A DNA stretch of 64,000 nt from Pseudomonadales bacterium (GCA_963664805.2 OY761612.1:1288368-1352367); one strand, 5' to 3'. Counted from the stretch's first letter, positions 36,556 to 46,207 are shown. Program-made: numbers and translations. The notes: generated by a model from the letters alone, not told the origin.

Positions 36556-36587
36556 TCGATACGGACGTTGGGGCCTGCACTACCCGA

Positions 36588-36699
36588 GTCGCCGTCTGGC
36601 GAGCGGCTTGCAGCGGGCGTGCGAGGCATGGATGCCGAGCCCGAAGCCTACAGGGACGTATTTACGGCGTCCGCTGAACCCCGCTCGCCAGACGGCGAC
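36588..36699. repeat. Long hairpin repeat, family A, copy 3
   Basis: gtcgccgtctggcgagcgg...ccgctcgccagacggcgac with the conserved core. It lies between two convergent genes. Confidence 0.75.
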
Positions 36700-36718
36700 G
36701 GATCGAAGCCACTAACTA

Positions 36719-38065
36719 TCAATTGACGCCAAGCGGCTCCATGATCGCCTGGTAGGTGAGTTGCCGGGAGAGCGCCCGCACATTCGGCAGACCCTGCCCC
36801 CATTGCTGGATCATTCCCACTACGATCAGGTCTTCCACCGGATCGATCCAGAACCAGGTGCCGGCCGCGCCGCCCCAGTAGTATTCGCCCGCGGAAAATG
36901 ACTCGGCTTCGACCGGGTCGGTTACCACCGCGAAATCGAGACCGAAGACCGTTCCCGGCGCACCGAGAATATTGTCGGGCATGCCGCGCGGCAATTGGTT
37001 GCGATGCATCAAGTCCACGGTCAGCGGCGACAGGATGCGCACGCCGTTGAGTTCGCCGCCGTTGAGCATCATCTGGGTGAACTTCAGGTAGTCCATGGTG
37101 CTCGAGACGAGGCCGCCGCCACCGCTCTTGAACACCGGATCGGCCATGTAGTCGTTGGCGGCGCCGAACATCTCCGAGGACGCGAGATTGCCTTCCTCGT
37201 CATAGGTATAAATCTGGGCGAAACGCTCGGCTTTCTCGGCGGGCACGTAGAAATCGGTGTCGTTCATGCCCAGCGGCCCGAACAGGCGTTCGTCGAGGAA
37301 ATCGTCGAATGCCTGGCCCGAAAGAACTTCGACCAGGTAGCCCTGCACGTCGACCGCGACGCTGTAATGCCACATCGAACCGGGTTGTTGCCGCAACGGG
37401 ATCGCGCCCAGCCTGGTCACCATTTCCTGCAAAGTGATGCCGCTGTTGAGCAAGTCGGCTTCGACATACATGCTGTCCACTTCCGAACCCGAAAAGATGC
37501 CGTAGGTGAGACCGCCGGTGTGGGCCATCAACTCGCGGACCGTCATGGGGTGATCGGCGGGTTCTGTAACAAGTTCGCCGTTTTCATCCGTGCCGGCCGC
37601 GACTTGCAGATCGCTCAGTTCAGGAATGTACATCTCGACCGGGTCGGAAAGCCGGAACTTTCCTTCGTCGTAAAGCATCATCAGCGCGACGCCGGTAATC
37701 GGCTTGGTCATCGAATAGATGCGGAACAGGGCGTCGTTGGTCATCGGCGCGCCGGCTTCCATGTCGCGATAACCCGCCGACTCGAAATGCACGATCTTGC
37801 CGTGCCGCACCACCGCGGTGACGACGCCGGCCAGCCGGCCCTCGTCTACCAGGCCCTGCATGGCGTCGGTCAGACGCGAGAGACGGCCGGAGTCCATGCC
37901 CGCGTCTTCAGGCGCCGCCATGGTCAGGTCGGGAACCTGCTCGACCACCGCTTCGGCAATGGCGGGAGCCGGAGATTCCAGGGCCGGATTACAGGCCGCC
38001 AGCAAGCCGGCCAGGGAAAGGATCAGAACAAGCGGCCAAGCCGCAAAGTGCTTCTTCGGATTCAT
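36719..38065 (-). CDS. Serine hydrolase, class C beta-lactamase / family VIII esterase-like, lipoprotein
   Basis: Lipobox LAGLLAAC. SxxK motif in FRIYSMTKPITG. 448 aa. Confidence 0.7.
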   Translation of the reverse strand: MNPKKHFAAWPLVLILSLAGLLAACNPALESPAPAIAEAVVEQVPDLTMAAPEDAGMDSGRLSRLTDAMQGLVDEGRLAGVVTAVVRHGKIVHFESAGYRDMEAGAPMTNDALFRIYSMTKPITGVALMMLYDEGKFRLSDPVEMYIPELSDLQVAAGTDENGELVTEPADHPMTVRELMAHTGGLTYGIFSGSEVDSMYVEADLLNSGITLQEMVTRLGAIPLRQQPGSMWHYSVAVDVQGYLVEVLSGQAFDDFLDERLFGPLGMNDTDFYVPAEKAERFAQIYTYDEEGNLASSEMFGAANDYMADPVFKSGGGGLVSSTMDYLKFTQMMLNGGELNGVRILSPLTVDLMHRNQLPRGMPDNILGAPGTVFGLDFAVVTDPVEAESFSAGEYYWGGAAGTWFWIDPVEDLIVVGMIQQWGQGLPNVRALSRQLTYQAIMEPLGVN

Positions 38066-38151
38066 CGTCTCAGGATTCCTGTGGTGGAAAACTGCGCCAC
38101 TCTACCCTATTCGCGACGTTGATGGAAAGCACATAGCGAAGCCTGTCCCCG

Positions 38152-38266
38152 GTCATTCCGCGCGAAGCGAAGCGCTTCCCCCTGCGTCATTCCGTGCGAA
38201 GCGAAGCGGAGTCGCGGAATCTCCTCGACCGACAACGAGATTCCGCGGCTTCGCGCGGAATGACAA
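38152..38266. repeat. Cluster of family B palindromic repeats
   Basis: gtcattccgcgcgaagcgaagcgc...gtcattccgtgcgaagcgaagcggagtcgcggaatc...gagattccgcggcttcgcgcggaatgac. Confidence 0.7.
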
Positions 38267-38276
38267 GGTGTCTGCT

Positions 38277-39050
38277 TCAATGGCGGCGACCCCGGCGCAA
38301 TTCCCACAACTTGGCGTATTTCATGAAGGCGTAGAACGCCGCGTTCATGCTCGTCAGCAGGCCATCGACGCCGTCGAGGATGTGGCCCTTCAGGAAATAG
38401 TGCTGATGGAAGGTCAAGGGGAAGATGAACAGCAAGGTCCACAGCGACACCGTGTCGCCGGCGTCGAATTTGTCCTCGGCCCGCGCCTCGCTATAGCGAT
38501 TGGCCTTGGCCACGCGTTCCGTGTAGGTCAGATTCTCGTGATGCAGGATGGTGGCCTCGGTGCGCGCGATCTTGCCGTCGACACTGATGCTTTCGTGTAC
38601 GCGGCGCTCGGGATAGTGCCCGGCGCTTTTGCGAAACAGCCTGATGAGCCGGTCCGTGCCGCCCGGATGCCGCGGCCGCTTGCCCCAGCGGTAGAGGGTA
38701 CGGGTCGATTCCAGCGCGTCCACTTCGTCCGCCGCGACGGTCTTGCGCACTTCCTCGATGAATGCGTCGGTGAGAATCTCGTCCGCGTCGATATTGAGCA
38801 CCCATTCGTTGCGGCAAAGCGACATGGCATGGGCTTTCTGCGCCGCGAATCCTCCCCAGGAATGAAACGACGCGCGCACATTGGAATAGCCGTCGGCGAT
38901 TTCCACCGTGCGGTCGCGGGAGCCGCTGTCGACGACGACCACCTCGTCGAATTCGGTCATGCGCTCGAGCGCGGCGCCGATGTTCGCTTCCTCGTTCAAG
39001 GTGATCATGTAGATGCTGACGGGGATTTTCGCTTTCATTCGATGACCCAT
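38277..39050 (-). CDS. Family 2 glycosyltransferase (LPS-core type)
   Basis: SIYMITLNEEANIGAALERM...VVVVDSGSRDRT and NIDADE (DxD-like). 257 aa. Confidence 0.7.
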   Translation of the reverse strand: MGHRMKAKIPVSIYMITLNEEANIGAALERMTEFDEVVVVDSGSRDRTVEIADGYSNVRASFHSWGGFAAQKAHAMSLCRNEWVLNIDADEILTDAFIEEVRKTVAADEVDALESTRTLYRWGKRPRHPGGTDRLIRLFRKSAGHYPERRVHESISVDGKIARTEATILHHENLTYTERVAKANRYSEARAEDKFDAGDTVSLWTLLFIFPLTFHQHYFLKGHILDGVDGLLTSMNAAFYAFMKYAKLWELRRGRRH

Positions 39051-39059
39051 ATCCTCGAC

Positions 39060-39136
39060 GAGATTCCGCGACTGCGCGCGGAATGACAGGTTATCCCTTG
39101 GTCATTCTGCGCGGAGCGAAGCGCAGTCGCAGAATC
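39060..39136. repeat. Family B palindromic repeats (two units)
   Basis: gagattccgcgactgcgcgcggaatgac...gtcattctgcgcggagcgaagcgcagtcgcagaatc. Confidence 0.7.
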
Positions 39137-39150
39137 TGGTTCTCCGGTGC

Positions 39151-40215
39151 CTAGCGATGCGAATACGAGGTCTCGCCAAACGCCTCGGTGATACTGTCAA
39201 GCACCCTTTCCGGCTGCAGCGATGTCAGACAATGGTAATCGTTCCGGCAATGCCACGCATCACAATCCTCCGCGCAGGGCAATTCGCCCCGCAATACCGT
39301 GCTGTGCCCGCCGAGCGGCGCCCAGACCGCTTCCCGGCTCGGGCCGAACAGCGCGAAGACCGGCAGGCCAGCGGCGGCGGCCAGATGCATGGGGCCGCTG
39401 TCGCAGCCGATGAAGAGCCGGCTTTGGCGGAACAATGCGACCAGTTCAGGCAGCGACAGGCGATTGCAGAGATCGATCGCCGGCGATTGCGGAAGTTGCC
39501 GGTTTTCAAGCTCCCGGTCGATGCCCGCAATGACATCGGCGTCGAACTGTCCCGCGCCGACCCACGCCACTTGCAGCCCCGCGTCGTGCAAGCCTCGCGC
39601 GAGCCCGGCGAAATGCTCCCTCGGCCACAACTTGTAGCGCACGCTGGCGCCGGGATGAATGACCGCCAGCGGGCGGTTTGCGCGATGACCGTCGAGCAAG
39701 GCCCGCAATCGGTCGGCCAGTTCCGGCGCCACCTTGAAATCGAGCGCGCTCGACGGCGATTCGCCGGCGCCGTAGTCGCCGATGATCTCACCGAAAGCGT
39801 TATAGCGATGTGCCTGATAGTCCAGGTCGAGCACATCGCTGTAGAACCATCGCGCGCGTTTCGCCAGCGGTCCGATTCGCCGCCGGCAACCGCTGAGCCT
39901 GGCGATGGCGCCCGAAAAGCGCTCGCCTTCCATGTCGATCAGGCAATGGCCCTTGTATTTGCGCAACTCCCCGAGAAAATCCAGGTAGTGGCGCAATCTA
40001 TGGCCGAAGCCCTTGCCTGCGGCGAGTTCCTTTCTCGGGTAATACAGCGCCCTCGAATCGGCTTCGGGCAACATCGACAGCAATGGCTGAAAACTTGCAT
40101 CGAAAACCGCCACCACCTCGTCGTGCCTTTCCAGCACGCGCAGCACCCAGGGCAACCCGAGCACGAGATTGCCCAGATAATGAGTCGGAAACAGCAACAG
40201 GGGCGGTTGAGGCAT
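39151..40215 (-). CDS. Family 9 glycosyltransferase (heptosyltransferase-like)
   Basis: GCDSGPMHLAAAAGLPVFALFGPS is the typical GT9 C-terminal motif. The start is uncertain (ATG 40215 or 40230, GTG 40257). Confidence 0.7.
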   Translation of the reverse strand: MPQPPLLLFPTHYLGNLVLGLPWVLRVLERHDEVVAVFDASFQPLLSMLPEADSRALYYPRKELAAGKGFGHRLRHYLDFLGELRKYKGHCLIDMEGERFSGAIARLSGCRRRIGPLAKRARWFYSDVLDLDYQAHRYNAFGEIIGDYGAGESPSSALDFKVAPELADRLRALLDGHRANRPLAVIHPGASVRYKLWPREHFAGLARGLHDAGLQVAWVGAGQFDADVIAGIDRELENRQLPQSPAIDLCNRLSLPELVALFRQSRLFIGCDSGPMHLAAAAGLPVFALFGPSREAVWAPLGGHSTVLRGELPCAEDCDAWHCRNDYHCLTSLQPERVLDSITEAFGETSYSHR

Positions 40216-40295
40216 AATGCGTGTTCGCATAACGGGCGAAAGTGGCAAGATTACCACTTATATTCATATACGCAGCCAAGGAGGAATCTCGATCG

Positions 40296-40718
40296 ATGAG
40301 CGAACCCAAGACCGTACAGAACGATGGAAATGTCGACGAATTTCTCGACGCCGTCGAAAATCCGCGCAGGCGAGAAGACGCCAGGCGCGTACTCGAACTG
40401 ATGCGGGACGTGACCGGCGAGCCGCCGAAAATGTGGGGATCGAGCATCGTCGGCTTCGGCAGCTACCGTTACAAGTACGCAAGCGGCCGCGAAGGCGACT
40501 GGATGATCACCGGATTCTCCCCGCGCAAGCAGAACCTGACGGTCTACATCATGCCCGGATTCGCCGATTTCGCCGACCTGCTCGCGAAACTCGGCAAACA
40601 CAAGACGAGCAAGTCCTGCCTTTATCTGAACAAGCTCGCCGACGTCGATCTGGACGTGCTCGCCGAACTCGTGCGCGAGTCGGTCGCGGTGATGCGAAAG
40701 CGATACGCAAAAAGCTGA
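40296..40718 (+). CDS. DUF1801 (YdhG-like) domain protein
   Basis: AAGGAGG lies 11 nt upstream of ATG 40296. Sequence begins MSEPKTVQNDGNVDEFLDAVENPRRREDARRVLELM...GFGSYRYKYASGREGDW. Confidence 0.6.
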   Translation: MSEPKTVQNDGNVDEFLDAVENPRRREDARRVLELMRDVTGEPPKMWGSSIVGFGSYRYKYASGREGDWMITGFSPRKQNLTVYIMPGFADFADLLAKLGKHKTSKSCLYLNKLADVDLDVLAELVRESVAVMRKRYAKS

Positions 40719-41166
40719 TATTCCCAACATCCACCCGCAGCAAGAAACCTAATTTCTACGTCAAGTCGTATCACACGACCATTTGCTTCCTATCTTTCTT
40801 GGGAGAAAGCGCTAAAGAGAATCCCGCCCTTACCGATATGAGATTTGATATTTCGATTGATAGGGAAAGGGGACCGAACCTGCCACCATGGAAATTAGTC
40901 AAAAAACTGGCGGACCTAATTCGGTCGTAGGCGTAGGAAAGGAAGCTTCAAATTATATTATTGAATCCGCCCGAAACTCATCCCGTATAAAGGGGGTGAG
41001 GTGGTCGGGTCTGGTTGGACAGTTCGAGGGCAAAGTTAAGGTAGTTTTCCCATGATTGCAAACCCTCGGTTTCACTCTTTCCCCACCAATATCGTGATGG
41101 GTTTGCCCCCCTGCCGCGCACAGGGAGCGTAGCGGCCGGAGCGCGGCGGGGGGCGGCGCCGCATTT

Positions 41167-42298
41167 TCACGCCGCAGCCCCCAGACATGCCGTCTTCCCG
41201 CCCGCGGCATACACCTCGGCCGGCGTCCGTCCCGCCAGCGCCAGATGCGGACGCCGGTGATTGTAGTGGCCCAGCCAGGACGCAATCACCCGCCGGGCGT
41301 GACGGCCGCCGGTCAGCTCCTCCAGATAAACCGACTCGTACTTCAGCGAACGCCATAGTCGCTCGATAAACCGGTTGTCGATCCAGCGGCCTTTCCCGTC
41401 CATGCCGATCTTCACGCCACGGTCCGGCAACGGGCGCAAATACGCCTCGCAGGTGAACTGGACGCCCTGGTCGGTGTTCGAGATCAGCGGCGTCCCGCAG
41501 CGCTCAAGCGCCTCTTCCAGGGCGCTCACGCAAAAACCCGCCTCCAGCGTGTTGTCCAACTCCCACGACAGAACGAATCGGCTCGCCCAATCCATCACCG
41601 CCACCAGATACGAAAAACCGCCCCGCATCGGTATGCAGGTGATGTCCGCGCAGATCACCTCGCCCGGCGCGATCCGCTCCAGATCGTTCAGCAGGTACGG
41701 GTAGATCTTGTGGCCGGGTTGCGCGCGCGAGGCGCGTGGACGCGGGTACACCGTTCGCCAGCACACCTCGGCCATCAGGGTTCGCGCCAGACCGCGGCCC
41801 ACGTCGCGCCCCTGCCGGCGCAGGTGCAAACTCACGCGCCGCGTGCCGTGGTACGGAAACGCCATGTACAACTCGTCCACCAGCCGGCGCAGCCGCTCCG
41901 CGTCCGGCGGCTTCGGCGCGTAATACAGCGACGAGCGGCTCACGTCGGCCAGGGCGCACTTGCGCGCAAGCGGCAGGGTCTTGTCTTCCTTGATCAACCT
42001 CACTTGCCCGGCCCGCCCGAGCCGCGCGAACCCTTCAGAAAAAAATCCCGTTCCACCGTCAACTCGCCGACCCGCGCGTACAGCCGCTCGATCAGCTGCT
42101 CGGTATTTTGGACACGCCGCCGCCTTTCCCCTGGCGAAAAACTTCCAGCAGCCCGTCGTGAGCCTCGGCCTTCCACTTGCCAACCTGGTTCGGATTGACG
42201 TTGTGACGCGCCGCGATCACACGCAACGCCTCGTCACCCCGCATCGCCTCCAAAACCACCTTGCGCTTGAACTCCGCGCTGAATCTCCTCCTCTTCAT
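41167..42298 (-). pseudogene. IS3 transposase orfA/orfB; orfA appears interrupted by an extra frameshift
   Basis: orfA N-terminus MKRRRFSAEFKRKVVLEAMRG... stops at 42092. The expected continuation QNTEQLIERLYARVGELTVERDFF is in another frame. orfB has ICADITCIPMRGGFSYLVAVMDWASRFVLSW...SNTDQGVQFT...IERLWRSLKYE. Confidence 0.65.
42039..42045 (-). promoter_or_regulatory. Putative programmed -1 ribosomal frameshift site (T7 on the coding strand)
   Basis: The coding strand reads GAT TTT TTT CTG. A -1 slip on T TTT TTT joins ...VERDFF to SEGFARLGRAGQVRLIKEDK... (the orfB frame). Confidence 0.5.
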
Positions 42299-42465
42299 CA
42301 GACAGTCTCCCAGTCCTCGAAAACCACCTTAACAGACTGTCCAAATTTGCCCGACCACTTCTCACGGTAATCGACATGGCCGTACTTGGGGAAACAGAGC
42401 GCGAGTCGGTAGGGATGATGATGCAGCAATTTGGGTAAGAGTGGCCAATTCGAACCGGCGTGATT

Positions 42466-42542
42466 TGGCGCGCCTGGGAAGACTCGAACTCCCGACCAAC
42501 TGGTTCGAAGCCAGCTACTCTATCCAACTGAGCTACAGGCGC
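42466..42542 (-). tRNA. tRNA-Arg (anticodon TCG)
   Basis: GCGCCTGTAGCTCAGTTGGATAGAGTAGCTGGCTTCGAACCAGTTGGTCGGGAGTTCGAGTCTTCCCAGGCGCGCCA. I folded it by hand. It has a 7-bp acceptor stem, D arm, anticodon loop CU-UCG-AA, 5-nt variable loop, T loop TTCGAGT, and encoded CCA. Confidence 0.85.
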
Positions 42543-42659
42543 GTGATCCGCGTTAATTTACCCCCTCGCGCCGCCGCTGGCAAATAGCACTCCAGTCGGG
42601 AACCGTCTAGATCGCCGACGGAGTCAGTCGGATTCAATTCGGCACAGCTGCAGCGCCGT

Positions 42660-43557
42660 TCAATTCGATTTTCGCCAGATTGGCTTTTGTCTCCAATCTT
42701 GAGGGAAACCCATACTCTTTGGATCGACCCATGCAGAATCTTCAATCAGCGAAATCACACGCTGGCTCCAATCGTTTCCAGGAGAGATGGCCGACAGCAA
42801 AAAATCGAGCGTTACCAAAGTACAATAAATTCTGCGTGGCTCCGCGCCTGCCATGGCATTGGCGAGTTCAGCGGGTCGCTTCGGAATCGACATCGTGACC
42901 GTAAATCTCTTGTTCCAGAGACGACCGTGATGTGCGCAGATGTTACGGACGTAACTGACGTGGTGGCAAAATGAAGTAAAGCTGCGTTCATCCAGTCCAA
43001 AGGGATCGGCGATCGCTTTGCGGTCCGCGCGAGACTTCAAATTGCGCATCCACTTGGATAACTGGCCAAGCGAGACTGTTTCAGCGGCCATCCAGATTGG
43101 CGGCAATTTCGGCGAATCGTACTTGTTGCGATAGTGTTCGGCGAATGTATCACGCGAACGGCTGAACTCGTCTTCCAACTTCCTTACAGCTTGGTCGTAG
43201 TGGATCTGGCTTGCATAGAGACTTGGCTTCAGATACCCGTGAGCGCCGTGTCGTATTGCCATGCAATGGGTCCATTACTTCCGCCTGCTCAATGGCATCC
43301 AGCACCAGCAACCGAAGTTTGCGGTCAAAAATGTAGAGCGCCAGCACGGCGTCGAACGTCGTATCACTGCGAAATGCATGGTCGCCCTTTGTGTCAGTGG
43401 GAATTTCAAACGGCAACCAGTATGCCCGAAGACGATAGTAGGAAAGGAAATTCAGGTAGTGTTGCGCCAAATGGTCGTTACGTATAACCATGCCTCGGCG
43501 TTTCAGAAGTCCCACCTGATCGCGAATTGAGATGGCTGGCTTCCTGAACTTCAACAC
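42660..43557 (-). pseudogene. Abi_2 (AbiD/AbiF-like) abortive-infection gene split by one frameshift
   Basis: The N-terminal part starts at GTG 43557 (GGAGGG 6 nt upstream): VLKFRKPAISIRDQVGLLKRRGMVIRNDHLAQHYLNFLSYYRLRAYWLPFE...LDAIEQAEV. The frame changes near 43255-43275. The C-terminal part is ...AIRHGAHGYL...VSYVRNICAHHGRLWNKRF.... Confidence 0.65.
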
Positions 43558-43727
43558 CCTATCCCTCCGTTGGAACGGATCTCCCAAAAACAAGTAACCC
43601 GCCGGGGTGCGCAGTGCAGAATTTAAATCCGTCCGAGGCGTGGCGGGTCTTGTTACCGGGAAGTATAGAGTCAACGCCGGTTGAGGACAAGCTTAAGCTA
43701 TTGAGAAACGCGGCTTTCGGTTACCGG

Positions 43728-45986
43728 TCAATTGAAGATGTCGAGGATGCGGCTGTACTTGAGGATGAACTGGCGGGCGTTCTCGTGTTCGTAATGCGGC
43801 ATGTTCAGGCCGCTGAACTCGTCGACTTCGTTATAGACCAGGTAGAGGCCCGCGTTGGCCGATTGCAGCCAGGCGAAACGCACGTTCGCCGCCACCACGT
43901 CGTCGCGATTGTTGTACTGGATCAGCGTCTGCAGCGAGATTTGCGGCGTGAACGAATAGGAAACGCGCACCCGCGCCAGATCTACGGTGAAATCTCCGTT
44001 CGGCACCGGCAGCGAGATGTCGCTGCGGTTCCAGGACACTTCGGTGCTGAAACGCTCGTCGAGCTGGTAGCGCAGCGTGGAGTCGGTGGATACCCGGTCG
44101 CCACCGAAGAAGCCGCCGATAAAGCTGCGGATGTTGATGCTCAGCGGCGCCGCCTGGTTGGTCCAGTAAACCAACTGCGCCTCGCTGTGCTCGTAGGTGC
44201 CTGCCGGAACCGAAACGCCGTCGACAATCTCGAAAGGTTCGCGCACGCCTTCCAGCGTGAAATTCACGCCGGTGTGGACTTCGCTTCCGTTCTGGAATTC
44301 CCAGTGATTGTCCACGTGCAGGAAGCCGGTTTCCTGGAAACCGTCGAATCCCCAATAACCGCGATAATTCATGTGCGGCCGCAATTCGTGCAGTCCCCAC
44401 CAGTCCTCGGGACGATAGCGGTAGCGCCAGCCCGCGGTCCATCTGCGGAATGCGCGGCGCGCCAGGAAGCCGACTTCAGGATTGAAGTTCTCGCGCACTT
44501 CGGAATAACCGGCGTCCAGATTCCAGTCCTCGTCCTGGTACGAGGCCTGTATGCCGCCGGCCGCGTCGCGGTTTTGCAGGCCCGGCGTTTCGGTGCGGGC
44601 GGCCCAGCCGGTAATCAGCGTGGTATCGCCGATGCCCCAGCGGCCATCTACAGACATCGTGCGGTTGTAGTCTTCGCCGGGATTTTCGCTGGTCGAATTC
44701 AATCCTGTGCCATCGCCGTCGCGTTCGATGTACATCATGCCGACAGTCGAACGATTACCGAGTTCCTGGTTGAGGCGGACAACGGAAAAGTCGTTCTGCG
44801 AGATGCGGCCGTCGACGCTGTCGGTGCGCATCTGCAGCAGGCCGATATTGGTATTGTCGAAAATCTTGCCGGTCAGCCGCGCGCCGCCGTCTATCGGCAA
44901 CTGGGTTCCGCCCGCGCCGACGCCGATGCGGCGGCTGAAGAACAATTCCACTTCACGCGGATTTCCGACCGAAAACTGGCCGGCATTTTCGAGGAAGAAA
45001 GGGCGCTTCTCCGGAAAGAACAGGCTGAACCGGTCGAGATTTACCTGCAATTCGTCGGCTTCGACCTGGGCGAAATCGGTGTTGTAGGTGCCGTCGAGCA
45101 CCAGGCTCGGCGTGATCGTGTATTTGAAATCGAATCCAATTTCCTGCTGGTCCACGGTGCCCGACGCGATGCTGCCGCCGCGTTCGGTGGAACCGAGCAC
45201 ATAGGGAGTGAACTGCAAGGCGCGCTGGCTCGGCACGCGGATGCCTTCGATCAGTCCGGCCTCCGAAACCCGATTCAGGTCGAACTGGCGTTCCAGCGGC
45301 GCCCAATAGGCGATTTCGTTGTTGTGCCGGATATTGCGCTGGAAATTGATCCCCCAGGTCTGTTCGGCGCCATTGCCGTAGCGCAGCGAGGAAAAGGGAA
45401 TCTCCATTTCGGCGCTCCAGCCGTAATCGTGGATTTGCGCTTCCACTTCCCAGGTCGTGTCCCAGTTGATGTTGGACCCGCTGCCCGGGCCGCGAAATCC
45501 GCCGGAGCCCTCGTTGGTGACCTGCGCGTCGAATTGCAGGCCGGCGGGATTGGTGCCGAACACGAAACCGTTCTGGCGATCGAGCATGCCGTCGATGATG
45601 ACGCGGAAACTGTCGGTATCGTCGAGTGGAGCATCGCGCCGGCTGTCGGTCACGATGATCCGGGAGGGGTCGGATTCATAGGCGATCAGGCCGATATACA
45701 GGGCTTCGTCGGTATAGCCCACCCGCACTTCGGTGCGCTGGGTCGCCGGCTGGCCTTCATCGGGCCGCACCTGGGAGAAGTCGGTGGCCGGCGTCACACC
45801 TTCCCATGCCGTATCTCCGGCAACGGCGCCGTCCACGACCGGAGCGCGTTCCAGCGCATGGGCGGTGGTCGAAGGCGGCACGGACAAGGTATTCAGTTCC
45901 TGCGCCAGGGAACCGGAGGCAATCAGGTTCAAGAGCGGAATCAGCAATGCCGAGACCAGCGTCGTTCCGTAACGTGCAATGCTCAT
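43728..45986 (-). CDS. Outer-membrane-type protein with an N-terminal CBM9-like domain and a DUF5916-like beta-rich body
   Basis: Trimmed to MSIARYGTTLVSALLIPLLNLIASGSLAQ. The N-terminal segment is FSQVRPDEGQPATQRTEVRVGYTDEALYIGLIAYESDP...DSFRVIIDGMLDRQNGFVFGTNPAG. The C-terminus ends ...RILDIFN. Confidence 0.55.
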   Translation of the reverse strand: MSIARYGTTLVSALLIPLLNLIASGSLAQELNTLSVPPSTTAHALERAPVVDGAVAGDTAWEGVTPATDFSQVRPDEGQPATQRTEVRVGYTDEALYIGLIAYESDPSRIIVTDSRRDAPLDDTDSFRVIIDGMLDRQNGFVFGTNPAGLQFDAQVTNEGSGGFRGPGSGSNINWDTTWEVEAQIHDYGWSAEMEIPFSSLRYGNGAEQTWGINFQRNIRHNNEIAYWAPLERQFDLNRVSEAGLIEGIRVPSQRALQFTPYVLGSTERGGSIASGTVDQQEIGFDFKYTITPSLVLDGTYNTDFAQVEADELQVNLDRFSLFFPEKRPFFLENAGQFSVGNPREVELFFSRRIGVGAGGTQLPIDGGARLTGKIFDNTNIGLLQMRTDSVDGRISQNDFSVVRLNQELGNRSTVGMMYIERDGDGTGLNSTSENPGEDYNRTMSVDGRWGIGDTTLITGWAARTETPGLQNRDAAGGIQASYQDEDWNLDAGYSEVRENFNPEVGFLARRAFRRWTAGWRYRYRPEDWWGLHELRPHMNYRGYWGFDGFQETGFLHVDNHWEFQNGSEVHTGVNFTLEGVREPFEIVDGVSVPAGTYEHSEAQLVYWTNQAAPLSINIRSFIGGFFGGDRVSTDSTLRYQLDERFSTEVSWNRSDISLPVPNGDFTVDLARVRVSYSFTPQISLQTLIQYNNRDDVVAANVRFAWLQSANAGLYLVYNEVDEFSGLNMPHYEHENARQFILKYSRILDIFN

Positions 45987-46207
45987 TTCTACCTCTGGAA
46001 AGCGCCGCGTCAATGCAGACAACTGATTGATCTTTTGGACAAAAACAGCAGAGCAGCTTAATGCAGGGGCACCCCCCTGACAAGCAGGAAAAAGTTACAA
46101 ATCTTGACCGGAGTCAGGCCGCTTCGATATCGGTTCGAGTGTATCAATTTCGCCAATGATCGCGATTTTGGCGAATTTGTGATACCAGAATATGGTACTG
46201 TTGCTGG

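Larger units (their letters stand above)
40997..42364 (-). mobile_element. IS3-family insertion sequence (~1.37 kb) with imperfect terminal inverted repeats
   Basis: The left end is TGAGGTGGTCGGGTCTGGTTGGACAG.... The reverse complement of the right end is TGAGAAGTGGTCGGGCAAATTTGGACAG.... TG...CA termini are present. It contains orfA/orfB with a DDE(rve) integrase core. I could not identify a clear target duplication. Confidence 0.75.

Noticed and set aside
40860-40952. A 30-codon ORF (MRFDISIDRERGPNLPPWKLVKKLADLIRS) in the AT-rich scrap left of the IS3 element.
   Set aside because: It is too short, has no RBS and has no recognisable family. It is probably a remnant.
42366-42465. A possible tRNA 3'-fragment or att repeat (GCCGGTTCGAATTGGCC...ACCCA on the minus strand) between tRNA-Arg and the IS3 end.
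   Set aside because: The T-arm pairing fails when folded, and the sequence does not repeat the 3' end of the adjacent tRNA-Arg. It is more likely a chance TTCGAA palindrome.
46149-46175. The inverted repeat ttcgccaa...ttggcgaa upstream of hicA, considered as a HicB operator.
   Set aside because: It is plausible but consists of only 8-bp arms, and no supporting conservation is available from this window alone.
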